DNA of 64,000 nucleotides from an uncultured delta proteobacterium (GTDB taxonomy: Bacteria; Myxococcota; Myxococcia; Myxococcales; Myxococcaceae): positions 192,001-256,000 of the forward strand of contig CAVQKE010000001.1 of assembly GCA_963713045.1 (NCBI GenBank). Reading direction: 5' to 3'. The position numbers and the translations under genes were made by a program. The stretch's first letter is position 1. Every line of letters begins with the position of its first letter. This document shows, piece by piece, positions 31,711 through 40,720 of the stretch. Below the pieces are notes generated by a model that made no database searches, had not been told where the DNA came from, and saw only the letters and a list, made by a program, of their open reading frames with translations.

Positions 31711-32362
31711 AATACCCGAACCGACAGCAGTCCCCCCGCCGTCCCATGGAGCGCGGCGCGTTTGAATGTCCTCGACGCTTCACGACAGCGCGAAGGAACT
31801 GAGCTGCTGCAGGGGCTGCTCCCCGATTCGGCAAGAGCATACTCGCCGGCGAGACACGAATTCGCAGACTTGGCCGTCGGAAACTTCCGCGCCCGTATCG
31901 GACTCGGGAGTCCAGCCTGAAGCGAAGCCTTCTGCCGTGGACGGAGGCTGCTCGGCTTGTTCCGACGGAATATTTCAAGGGGAGCGCTGGCGGTCAGGAG
32001 GACCCGGGCCATGATGCGACTCGAGCGCGGCACCGGCTGGTCGGGCCGTGTGAGATGAGGTCACCCGCGGGGGCGGTAAAACCAACCCAGTCTTCCCCTG
32101 GGTTTAGCTGACGGGGCGGCGTGGGATGCTAGGCTTCACGCTATGTCGATTCTGCGCGGCTTTACGCCGCGGCCGCGCGCGCAGGGCCTCCTGACCGAAG
32201 CCATCGACGGTGAAATCCTGCTGTACGTCGAGGCGACGCATCAGGCTTTCTGTCTGAATGCCGCCGCCGCACGCATCTGGACGTTGTGTGACGGACGGCG
32301 AAGCCTGGCAGCAATCGCCGCCGGAGCGGCGTTGGACGTGGAAGTTGTCGCCCATGCCCTAG

Positions 32363-33858
32363 GAGACCGTCCCCTTAAGGGGGGCGCAGGCCGATGGGGG
32401 TGGTGGGCGGGAGATGAGCATTAAGGCGGAGCGGCGGCTACGCCGCCCGGCGGGCCAATTTGAGCAGGTTGTGGGCGGTACAGGCCATCGCCCACTCGTG
32501 ACGGACCTTCTTGATGCCCCTCAGCAGCATCCGCCGCATCCCCATCTCTTCCTTCATCTGTCCGAAGACAGGTTCCACCACCTGCTTGCGGAGCCGGTAG
32601 CGGCTCCGGTGTCCGCCCCTTCGGAGCTTCTCGCCCATAGCACGCGAGAGCTTTCCCATCGGGGCGCCGCGCTTTCTCTTGCCGCCCTTTGCTTCCGTCC
32701 TCCTGGCGACCGCGATGTAGCCGCGGACGCGCCGACGCTTGAGCTCTTGCAGGTTCGCCTCGGACAGGTAGCCCGTGTCCGCCGAGAGCTCTTCGGGGTT
32801 CCGGCCGACGTTGGCGCGGATTTGCTTCAGCATCGGCACCAGTTCCGGGGCGTCCGCCGGCGAGGCCGCTGCACTGTGCGCCACTATTACTTGGGCTGTG
32901 GCATCCACTGCCGCCTGGAAGTTGTACCCCTGCAGGAAGCCATTCGGTCCCTTCAGCAGTTTGCTCTCCGGGTCCGTGAAATTCAGCTGGGCCTCGTCGT
33001 TCGGCTCGCCGTTCTCCTTGGGGCGCTTCCCTTTCCGCCCCCTCGGCGGCTTGTCGGGGCCGTCGGGCTTCACCGGTGCGGGCTTGACCCCCGCCTCCAG
33101 CTGCGCCTTCGCGTCAGCCTCCAGCTCGGCCTTGGCTGCCCGGATGACTTCCAGACGTTTCTGCTTGTTGGTCACCCACTCCGGCATCTCATCGCCGCTG
33201 TTGTCCTTGCCATACTCGGCGTCTTCCGCCTCGTCGATGGCCTGGGACTCGGCAAACCACTGCGCAATCTCCGCCTTCAATTCCTTCTCTGTCTTTTTCA
33301 TGCGCGCATAACTCATGGCCTTGTGCTTCGAGGCGTTGGCCTGAATTTTCGTCCCGTCCAGGGCAACGTGCCCCAGCTTCACCATGCCCGCCTTCTGGCA
33401 CAGGTGCAGCACCTGGCCGAAGAGGGCGGCAAGCGCCTCGAGGTGCCGAAGTCGAAACTTGTTGACCGTCCTGAAGTCCGGCCGCTGCATGGCCGTCACA
33501 GCCATAAAGTCGACGCGGGTCTCGCAGGCACGGGCTATTTTTCTCGAGGAGCGCACCCCTTGCGTGTACGCGAAGAGCAGAAGCGCGGTCATCATCACCG
33601 GGTGGTAGGGGGGAAATCCCCGCTCCTCCTCGTACGTCCCCAGAATGGCGTCGAGGTTCAGCTCCTCTCTCACCAACTCCCGGATGAAGTGGGCAGCGTC
33701 GCGGGCCGGCACCAGGTCCCGAACCGACGGCGGGAGCAGCCACGCTTCGTCCACCTTCCACTCCCGAAACGTCTTCGCCATTCGCAGAGGCAATCACACC
33801 TGGACTGCGGGACGCAATCCCCCCACCATCTCCCCGTGACCATTACGGGGACAGGCTC
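32363..33858 (-). mobile_element. IS1182-family insertion sequence, 1496 bp
   Basis: Terminal IRs GAGACCGTCCCCTTAAGG and GAGCCTGTCCCCGTAATG (reverse complement), 14/18 identical; CTAG duplicated at 32359-32362 and 33859-33862. Confidence 0.9.
32438..33781 (-). CDS. IS1182-family DDE transposase
   Basis: G.PPYHPVMM, SSRKIARAC, VALDGTKIQANASKHKAMSY, SADTGY, VEPVFGQMK. Confidence 0.93.
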   Translation of the reverse strand: MAKTFREWKVDEAWLLPPSVRDLVPARDAAHFIRELVREELNLDAILGTYEEERGFPPYHPVMMTALLLFAYTQGVRSSRKIARACETRVDFMAVTAMQRPDFRTVNKFRLRHLEALAALFGQVLHLCQKAGMVKLGHVALDGTKIQANASKHKAMSYARMKKTEKELKAEIAQWFAESQAIDEAEDAEYGKDNSGDEMPEWVTNKQKRLEVIRAAKAELEADAKAQLEAGVKPAPVKPDGPDKPPRGRKGKRPKENGEPNDEAQLNFTDPESKLLKGPNGFLQGYNFQAAVDATAQVIVAHSAAASPADAPELVPMLKQIRANVGRNPEELSADTGYLSEANLQELKRRRVRGYIAVARRTEAKGGKRKRGAPMGKLSRAMGEKLRRGGHRSRYRLRKQVVEPVFGQMKEEMGMRRMLLRGIKKVRHEWAMACTAHNLLKLARRAA

Positions 33859-34118
33859 CTAGGGCACTTCGCGGAGTCTGGGTTGCTAGAGAACGCGCCG
33901 GACAGAGTGATGAATTTGTCGCGACGCCGCGTGCTCAGGGGCGTCGGGCTGGCTGCCATTCCCATCATCCTCATGGTGACTGCACCCGAAGCTAGAGCCG
34001 CTGGCTCCTGTACGGTTGGCCTCAACAACGGCGGGGCGCCCTGTAACAACACCACCACTTTTTGCTGCACTGGCATCTGCGACGAAGGCAACGGCACCTG
34101 CCACTAGGACTTGCACCA

Positions 34119-35219
34119 GTGAACTCCTCCACCACCAGCATGGGTCGCTTCATCGCTCGGGGCATCCGAACGGCCTGGCGTGAAACCCCGGAGCCCCTCG
34201 CTGAGGAGGTAGGCCGAGGCTTGAACGTTCTTGCACCACGGCTGCTCGACGCTGGGTGCGGCGGACTCGGCTGGTGGGCAGTCCGGAACACGCCGTGGGC
34301 AGAGGACCCGAGTGCGACTGTGCTCCACCAGGCATTTCGCGTCCATGCTCTGGAGGCTGCGCGGCATCGGTTGGCGCTCGAAAGCGTGCTGACAAGCTTC
34401 AACCGCGCCGGCCTGGAACCCATCGCTTTTAAAGGGTGGACCATCGCGCACCTCTACGCCCACCCCGCTCTTCGTCCCTTCGGTGACATCGACCTCTTGG
34501 TCGATGTTGGTGACGAACCGGCCGCTCGACGTGCCATCGCAACTCTTCCGAGCGCCCTGCAGCCCCTGGTGGACCTCGACATGCGCGTCCTTGGCCGATT
34601 TTTGCCCGACCGAACCTTTGAAGAGCTGGTCGGTCGGGCATCCCGTCAGACGGTGGGCGCAGCCCAGTGCCGCGTGCTCGCGCCGGAGGACCATCTGCGG
34701 CTCATTTGTCTGCACCAGTTGGACCACGGCGGTTGGCGCCCGCTGTGGCTGTGTGACGTCGCAGCCTTCGTTGAGCGGCTGCCGTTGGGGTTTCAGTGGG
34801 CGCAGTGCCTCAAGGGAAACCCACGCCTCAGCGACAGCGTCGTGGCCTTACTGTGCTTAGCCGAGGAATTGCTTGGGGCCAGGCTTCCGCCAGAAGTCCC
34901 ACGTCGTCCTGCACCTGCCTGGTTCCGAAACGCCACCCTGCGAGGTTGGGGGGGCGGCTTTCAGAAGCCGCCTGAGTCTCTGTACAAGCTGCACCGGCTC
35001 GGCTGGAAGCGCACTCTGGCGGCGATTGTCGCGCGGTGGCCCGACCCAATTTCCGCGACGCTGCACCTGCGTGCACCCTTCCGTTGGGTGCCACGCTGGC
35101 TTGTGCAGACGGCCGAATGCGGGCGCCGGGCCGTTGCCTTCCTCGGCCGATCCTGGAGCGCCAGCTGGACGAGATTTCTGTCTTCGGACGGAGTCGATGG
35201 TCACGGAGCCCTGCTGTGA
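34119..35219 (+). CDS. Nucleotidyltransferase family protein (NTP_transf_5-like); alternative start ATG 34140
   Basis: FKGWTIAHLYAHPALRPFGDIDLLV, LAPEDHL..H...HG..R.LWLCDVA. Confidence 0.85.
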   Translation: MNSSTTSMGRFIARGIRTAWRETPEPLAEEVGRGLNVLAPRLLDAGCGGLGWWAVRNTPWAEDPSATVLHQAFRVHALEAARHRLALESVLTSFNRAGLEPIAFKGWTIAHLYAHPALRPFGDIDLLVDVGDEPAARRAIATLPSALQPLVDLDMRVLGRFLPDRTFEELVGRASRQTVGAAQCRVLAPEDHLRLICLHQLDHGGWRPLWLCDVAAFVERLPLGFQWAQCLKGNPRLSDSVVALLCLAEELLGARLPPEVPRRPAPAWFRNATLRGWGGGFQKPPESLYKLHRLGWKRTLAAIVARWPDPISATLHLRAPFRWVPRWLVQTAECGRRAVAFLGRSWSASWTRFLSSDGVDGHGALL

Positions 35220-38200
35220 CGGCTCGAGGAGCACGCTTCAGTTTCTTCGTCTTGGCGCTCCTCTCCGGACGTGCCGCCCAGGCGCAATTCACCTGGACCG
35301 GGGCGGGTGGAAACAACAATTGGAGCACCCCGAACAATTGGAATCCTGTCGGGCCGCCGACAACGGGGGCCGATGTCGTGTTCACCACCGCCTCGACGCC
35401 TTCCCTCAACGTCAACGCGACGGTGGGGACGCTCAGCAAGACAGGAGCTGGCACCACGACCATCAGCGCGACGGGCACAAATGCCCTGACCATCAACACC
35501 GGAATTACCAAATCCGCCGGCGTCTTAAACATCTCCGCGGACATCATCCTTGGAAGCGCCGGCGAGGCCTGGAGCTTCAACGGCAATACCAACACCTTCA
35601 GCGGGAACATCAGCGGGGCGAGCTTTACAAAAACCGGTGCGGGCGGGAATTTGGTCTTGAGCGGCAACAACACCTTCGCTGGCGCCACCGTCACCGTCAA
35701 CGCTTTGCGCGCAACCACCTCGGCGGCACTGGGGACAAGCGCCACCACCATCACCCTTGCCGGTGGCAACTTGCAGCTCCAGGGCGGGGGCCTGACATTG
35801 CCAGTCGGCGTGGTCGCGACCGGCAGCGAGAATCTCAACCTCGGTGGTGCGGCCAATTCGCTGGCCAGCCTCACGGTTGCAAGTGGGGCCACAGTCACCC
35901 TCACCGGCGGCGGCACCCTCAGCGTTGGCACCTTGTCGGGGAGTGGAACCATCGCTGGAACCGTCACCGTCACCGGCAACTTGACCCCTGGAACGGGGGG
36001 TACCGGAACGCTGACCACAGGCGCCCTGACGCTGAACGCCGGGACCAATCTCAACTTCAGCTTTCATGCGCCGCCAACGACGAATAGCACCACCACCACC
36101 GGCCGGCTGACGCTGAACGGCCTCGTCAACATCGTCAATGCGGGCGGCCTGGCCATCGGCGCGTACCCAGTCTTCACCTACAACAACATCACCAATGGCA
36201 ACACGGTCGCGCTCGGCACTGTGCCAGCGGGCTTTTCGTATGGGATTCGGGCGACCACCACCACTGGCGCCGGCACCGTCTTCATCGATGTGGGCCGAAA
36301 GCCCTCCGCGGCCACCATCGTCCCCATCGCAGCCGAGTATGACGGCACCGCTTCGCGAATCGCCTGGAGCGCTCAAGAATCGCAAAACCTGGGCTTCCGG
36401 ATTTGGCGCGACTCGGGAGGAACGCGGAAGCTCATCAGTCCTGGCCTGGTTGCGGGATTTGCCCTCCGCGCTCGGGTGCAGCGGGCGGCTGGGCAGAGCT
36501 ATTTCTGGACGGACTCAGGTGCGCCGAACGGCGGCACCTACTGGATTGAAGCCGTCGACGTCCAAGGCCGGAGCGATTGGACGGGCCCCATCACCACTCA
36601 ACAGGGGACCGCCTTGAAAGGTGTCCCCGCATCCGCTTTCCTCACCACCCCAAGCCAGTCCCTGGCAGGGACGCTGGCCCCTTCCATCCCAAGTAGGGTG
36701 CTTGGCCAAGTCGGCGCGGCTGCCAGCACCAATCGTTCACGACAGTGGGCACTCGCGGCAGCGGCGGCTGTCAAGCTGCAGGTGCAGGACCAGGGCGTCT
36801 ACCAGGTGAGTGCAGAACAGTTGTTTGCGGCCGGAATCCCGCAGGGTACGCCAGTCGCCTCGCTGAGTCTGTGGGCGGCCACTCAGCCCGTCTCCTTCAA
36901 CGTCATCAGCGCCGACGGGGTGCACCTGCAGGCGGGGGACGCCATCGAATTCTACGGCGTTGGCCTCGACACCTACTACACGGACACTCAGGTCTACTGG
37001 CTCACCACCCAACTCGCTGGCGGCCAGCTGATGGGCACCGCATCTGGGCTGGCTTCTTCTCAGGCTGGCACCAGCTTCCTCGAGACCCTGGTTAACCCTC
37101 AACACGCCAACTACACGGATTTGCCAGGCATCGCCTCAAGTAACCGCTTCTACGGCTCAGTCCTCACCCCCTCCTATGGGCTGCTCCTCACGGACCAGGA
37201 AGTCTTCTCGACGCCCCTCCTCGACGCATCCTCGACGAGTGCGAGCACCCTTGCCGTCGCCATCCAAGGGCTCAGCCCAGGACCCCACGCCGTCAATGTG
37301 CTTTTCAACGGGACGACCATCGGCTCCATCACTGGGACGGGCGTGCAACTGATGAGTGGCAGCTTCACGCTGGCCCCCGGGCTTCTCTTGGCGGGCGGCA
37401 ACCAAGTCGAACTCGTCCCTCAGCCATCGCCGGGAAACTCGCAATCAGATGTCACCGGTGTTGCCTCGGAGACGCTCATCTACCCGCGCCTGTTGACCAA
37501 CGGCGGTGGCCCGCTGCAATTCACGGCGCCCGGCCAGTCCAGCGTCGCGCTCACCGGCTTCGGGTCGGGAACGCGCGTTTTGGACGTCACCAATCCCCTC
37601 AGCCCCAGTCTAGTCGCGGCGCACGTCGACAGCACGTCGGGCACGCTGCTGGTCGACGTTCCCGGACAAGGAAGTCGCACGCTGTACGCCTTTCAGCCCT
37701 CGGACATTCAAAGCCCCGGCGTGGTGTCAAACGCTCCCTCTTCCTGGCACTCGGCCGAGGGGGCGGACCTGGTCATCATCGCCCACGCCAGCCTCCTGGC
37801 GAGCGTTCAACCCCTGGTTGCGCAGCGCCAACAGGAAGGCCTCAAAGTCCTGGCCGTCGACGTCCAAGACGTCTACGACGAATTCGGCTTCGGGGAGAAG
37901 AGCGCCGCCGCGCTTCAGAGCTTCCTTCAATTCGCCTCGGGCAACTGGGGGATTCCGCCTTCGTATGTGCTGTTGGTCGGCAACGGCACCTACGACCCTC
38001 GCGGTTACTTCGGAAGCCCTGAGCTGGACCTGGTCCCCATCCTTCAAGTCGAGACGTCGCAGATGTACACCGCCTCGGACGATGCCTTCGTCACTTTCGG
38101 CGGCCAGGCTCAGACGATTGCCATCGGACGGCTCCCTCTTCGCAATGCGATGGACTCGGCAATCGCGGTGCAAAAAATCCTTGGGCGAACGTTGCTGAGT

Positions 38201-38959
38201 CCGACCGCCTCTTTCTTGTTTGTCCAGGGCACCCCGCGCTACGTCTCCGACGACTTTGGAGCGGACACGGCACTTGTCCACTCGGTCGTATCAAGTTGGC
38301 CATCGCAACAAGTTGGTCCACTTCCCGATGGAGGCGTCGATACCAGCGTCGCGGCGGCTCTCATTTCCGCCATCAAGGCTGGCCCGGCGGTTGTCACCTA
38401 TGAGGGCCATGGCCTCGAGGACTCGTGGTACCCCACCACGTTGTTTTCCGGCGTCGACACCACTGCACTGGCGGGGACGGGAATGTCCTCCGTTTTCCTG
38501 GCCGCCACCTGCCTCAACGGCTACTTCCTCGACGCCGAGCCCGCCAGTGAAAGCTTGGCGGAGCAGCTTTTGCGGACTGACGCAGGAGGTGCCTGGGCCG
38601 TGTGGTCATCCACCGGCGAAACCAACTCCACGGACCATGCGGCCTTCAGCGCGGCCCTCCTCCAAGCCGCTGCCGTTGAGGGCATGACGCTGGGGAAGGC
38701 AACGCTGGCTGCCAAGGCTTCCGAGTCCGACCCAGATGTTCGCACCGTCTTCCACCTGTTCGGCGACCCGAGTTCCCGACTGACTCCAGCCAAGGCCAGC
38801 GGTGCAATCGCTGAAGCTGGCGGCGTTCAGGCCCAGGCGTCGTCTGGCTGCGGGACGCCCGGGAGCGCCGCGTTGGCGGTGCTCCCCCTCGTCGCCCTGG
38901 CCTTGGCGTTCAACGCTCGTTCCCGTCGCTCCGCGGCGGTACGCGCGCGCCAGCGCTAG
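35216..38959 (+). CDS. Secreted C25 (gingipain-like) cysteine peptidase with N-terminal autotransporter-type beta-strand repeats and a MYXO-CTERM-like anchor (1247 aa)
   Basis: GTGA overlap with the NTase; signal peptide ..AAQA-QFTW; KTGAG..LSGNNTFAG repeat; YVLLVG..TYDPR, IGRLP, YEGHG (His), TCLNGYF (Cys), LFGDP; tail SSGCG-TM-RSRR. Confidence 0.85.
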   Translation: MTARGARFSFFVLALLSGRAAQAQFTWTGAGGNNNWSTPNNWNPVGPPTTGADVVFTTASTPSLNVNATVGTLSKTGAGTTTISATGTNALTINTGITKSAGVLNISADIILGSAGEAWSFNGNTNTFSGNISGASFTKTGAGGNLVLSGNNTFAGATVTVNALRATTSAALGTSATTITLAGGNLQLQGGGLTLPVGVVATGSENLNLGGAANSLASLTVASGATVTLTGGGTLSVGTLSGSGTIAGTVTVTGNLTPGTGGTGTLTTGALTLNAGTNLNFSFHAPPTTNSTTTTGRLTLNGLVNIVNAGGLAIGAYPVFTYNNITNGNTVALGTVPAGFSYGIRATTTTGAGTVFIDVGRKPSAATIVPIAAEYDGTASRIAWSAQESQNLGFRIWRDSGGTRKLISPGLVAGFALRARVQRAAGQSYFWTDSGAPNGGTYWIEAVDVQGRSDWTGPITTQQGTALKGVPASAFLTTPSQSLAGTLAPSIPSRVLGQVGAAASTNRSRQWALAAAAAVKLQVQDQGVYQVSAEQLFAAGIPQGTPVASLSLWAATQPVSFNVISADGVHLQAGDAIEFYGVGLDTYYTDTQVYWLTTQLAGGQLMGTASGLASSQAGTSFLETLVNPQHANYTDLPGIASSNRFYGSVLTPSYGLLLTDQEVFSTPLLDASSTSASTLAVAIQGLSPGPHAVNVLFNGTTIGSITGTGVQLMSGSFTLAPGLLLAGGNQVELVPQPSPGNSQSDVTGVASETLIYPRLLTNGGGPLQFTAPGQSSVALTGFGSGTRVLDVTNPLSPSLVAAHVDSTSGTLLVDVPGQGSRTLYAFQPSDIQSPGVVSNAPSSWHSAEGADLVIIAHASLLASVQPLVAQRQQEGLKVLAVDVQDVYDEFGFGEKSAAALQSFLQFASGNWGIPPSYVLLVGNGTYDPRGYFGSPELDLVPILQVETSQMYTASDDAFVTFGGQAQTIAIGRLPLRNAMDSAIAVQKILGRTLLSPTASFLFVQGTPRYVSDDFGADTALVHSVVSSWPSQQVGPLPDGGVDTSVAAALISAIKAGPAVVTYEGHGLEDSWYPTTLFSGVDTTALAGTGMSSVFLAATCLNGYFLDAEPASESLAEQLLRTDAGGAWAVWSSTGETNSTDHAAFSAALLQAAAVEGMTLGKATLAAKASESDPDVRTVFHLFGDPSSRLTPAKASGAIAEAGGVQAQASSGCGTPGSAALAVLPLVALALAFNARSRRSAAVRARQR

Positions 38960-38987
38960 CATCCCAACTTCCTGAGTGGTCTTGCGC

Positions 38988-39320
38988 TTACGAAGGGCGG
39001 CCGGCGCGCTGTAACTCTTTGGAAAGCCGCCCAGTGAGTGCCGCCCACCACATTTTGAAGTCCGCCGCGAACGACCAGAGCGGATAGCGGAAGGTGGCCG
39101 GGCGGTTGTGCTCGACCAAGAAGTGACCCAGCCAGGCGAAGGCGTAACCGCAGACAAGCGCACCGGGCAAGAGTAGCCAGCGTCCTGTCGTCACGGCAGA
39201 AAGCGCGAGCAGGATGGCGAGCGACGTCCCCACCAAGTGTAAGACCCGGGTGCCAGGGCGACTGTGCTCGCTGAGGTAGTAGGGCCAAAACTGCGCGAAG
39301 CTGGTCATGCGTTCGGCCAT
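38988..39320 (-). CDS. DUF962/Mpo1-like membrane protein
   Basis: FWPYYLSEHS, LHLVGT, AWLGHFLVEHNRPATFRYP. Confidence 0.85.
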   Translation of the reverse strand: MAERMTSFAQFWPYYLSEHSRPGTRVLHLVGTSLAILLALSAVTTGRWLLLPGALVCGYAFAWLGHFLVEHNRPATFRYPLWSFAADFKMWWAALTGRLSKELQRAGRPS

Positions 39321-39386
39321 GGCGTCTGGTCCCTCCTCGGCCCACCAAGGACGCTACCCCAATCCTCTTGTCCGTCCACGGAAGCT

Positions 39387-40223
39387 TTAGCGCCCAAAGC
39401 CGCCCGGGCGAGGCTGGTACCCCAGTTCGGCGAGAAATGTCCGGCACTCTTCCACCAGTGGTCCCTCCAGGCCGGGCGCACACGCCACCACGTCACCCAC
39501 CGCGAGGTCCAAAGGCGCCCCGTCAATGCGGAGGCACAATCCACCGGCCTCCACCACCAGCAGCGCTCCGGCGGCAACGTCCCAAGGCTTGAGGCCGAAC
39601 TCGAAATACCCATCAAAGCGGCCGGCGGCTAGCCAGGCCAACTCCAAGGCAGCGCTGCCCATGCGCCGGATGCCTTGCGCCTTGCGAATGAAGCGCTGCA
39701 GCAGGCCCATCGGGCCCTCTGGGTGCTGGTGGACGTTGTAGGGAAAGCCGGTGCACAACAGGGACCGCTTCAAGTCGACAGCCTCAGAGACGCGCAGCGC
39801 AATGCCGTTGCAAGTGGCCCCGCGACCTCGAGCTGCGGCGTAGAGCTCGTCCTTGAGCGGCTCATACACCACGCCGGCAAGCAGGCCCTCCGGCCCCTCC
39901 ACCGCCACCGACACACAGAAGTGCGGAAGGTGGTGCGCATAGTTGGTGGTGCCATCCAGCGGGTCCACGAGCCAGCGGTAACGCCCAGCGCCCGACGCAC
40001 CACTCTCCTCGGCCAGCACCGAATGCTGCGGGTGACGCGCCCGTAAGAAACCGAGCACCGCCGCCTCACTCGCTTGGTCCGCATCGGTGACAAGGTCGAT
40101 GCCACCTTTGAAGCTGATGGTGCGAGAGCCAGCGAAGGAGTCGCGTAGAACAGCGCCGCCCAGACGGGCCGCTGCCTCCGCCGAGGCCAGCAGCATTTCG
40201 ACTGGCTCGACCGCTGAAGTCAT
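39387..40223 (-). CDS. suhB: Inositol monophosphatase family protein
   Basis: DLVTDAD, WLVDPLDGTTNY, GSAALEL, KPWDVAAG. Confidence 0.88.
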   Translation of the reverse strand: MTSAVEPVEMLLASAEAAARLGGAVLRDSFAGSRTISFKGGIDLVTDADQASEAAVLGFLRARHPQHSVLAEESGASGAGRYRWLVDPLDGTTNYAHHLPHFCVSVAVEGPEGLLAGVVYEPLKDELYAAARGRGATCNGIALRVSEAVDLKRSLLCTGFPYNVHQHPEGPMGLLQRFIRKAQGIRRMGSAALELAWLAAGRFDGYFEFGLKPWDVAAGALLVVEAGGLCLRIDGAPLDLAVGDVVACAPGLEGPLVEECRTFLAELGYQPRPGGFGR

Positions 40224-40720
40224 GGCTTGGCGGGCGTGCTCAGCATGAGATTAACCTTCTCAGCGATGAGCGCTGCCGTGCCCTCTTCTGTGAAGACGAG
40301 GTTGCCAGCGCGGTCAAACACCCAGGTGGTGGGCATCTTTTGCAGGCCCAGCCTCTGGGTGAGCACGCCACCTCCCGGGTCCAGGAGAACTGGCAAGTCG
40401 ATGTGAAACGTCATCAGGAAGGGCTGCACCGTCCCAGGACTGGTGTCGATGTTGACGGCGTAGACGCGCACTCCCTGCGTCGCCCACTGCTTGGCCAGGG
40501 CGTCCAGTTGAGGAAGCTCTCTCTCGCAGGGCTGGCACCAGCTTGCCCAGGCGTCGAGGACGACGATGTAGCCGCGGTCATCCGCAAAGGAATGCGCCGT
40601 CGTCGCAGGCCAAATGGGGAGGGAGAAGTCGAGGACGCCGCCCGAAGGCGGTTTGGGCGGCGGCGCGCTGGCACATGCCAGAAGGGCCGCAAGAAACCCG
40701 ACCATCAGCACCTGCTTCAT
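40220..40720 (-). CDS. TlpA/ResA-like thioredoxin lipoprotein
   Basis: Lipobox LLAC, WASWCQPC, MPTTWVFDRAG. Confidence 0.85.
   Translation of the reverse strand: MKQVLMVGFLAALLACASAPPPKPPSGGVLDFSLPIWPATTAHSFADDRGYIVVLDAWASWCQPCERELPQLDALAKQWATQGVRVYAVNIDTSPGTVQPFLMTFHIDLPVLLDPGGGVLTQRLGLQKMPTTWVFDRAGNLVFTEEGTAALIAEKVNLMLSTPAKP

Larger units (their letters stand above)
32143..34107 (+). pseudogene. RRE-precursor fusion 2, interrupted by an IS (32143-32362 + 33863-34107 rejoin in frame, 154 aa)
   Basis: Rejoined sequence ...VAHALGHFAESGLLENAPDRVMNLSRRRVLRGVGLAAIPIILMVTAPEARAAGSCTVGLNNGGAPCNNTTTFCCTGICDEGNGTCH aligns with precursor 1. Confidence 0.88.

Noticed and set aside
28572..35219. Lasso peptide or PQQ biosynthesis cluster
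   Set aside because: No asparagine-synthetase-like cyclase, B peptidase or pqqABCE genes in the window; the cores are six-Cys peptides, not lasso- or PqqA-like.
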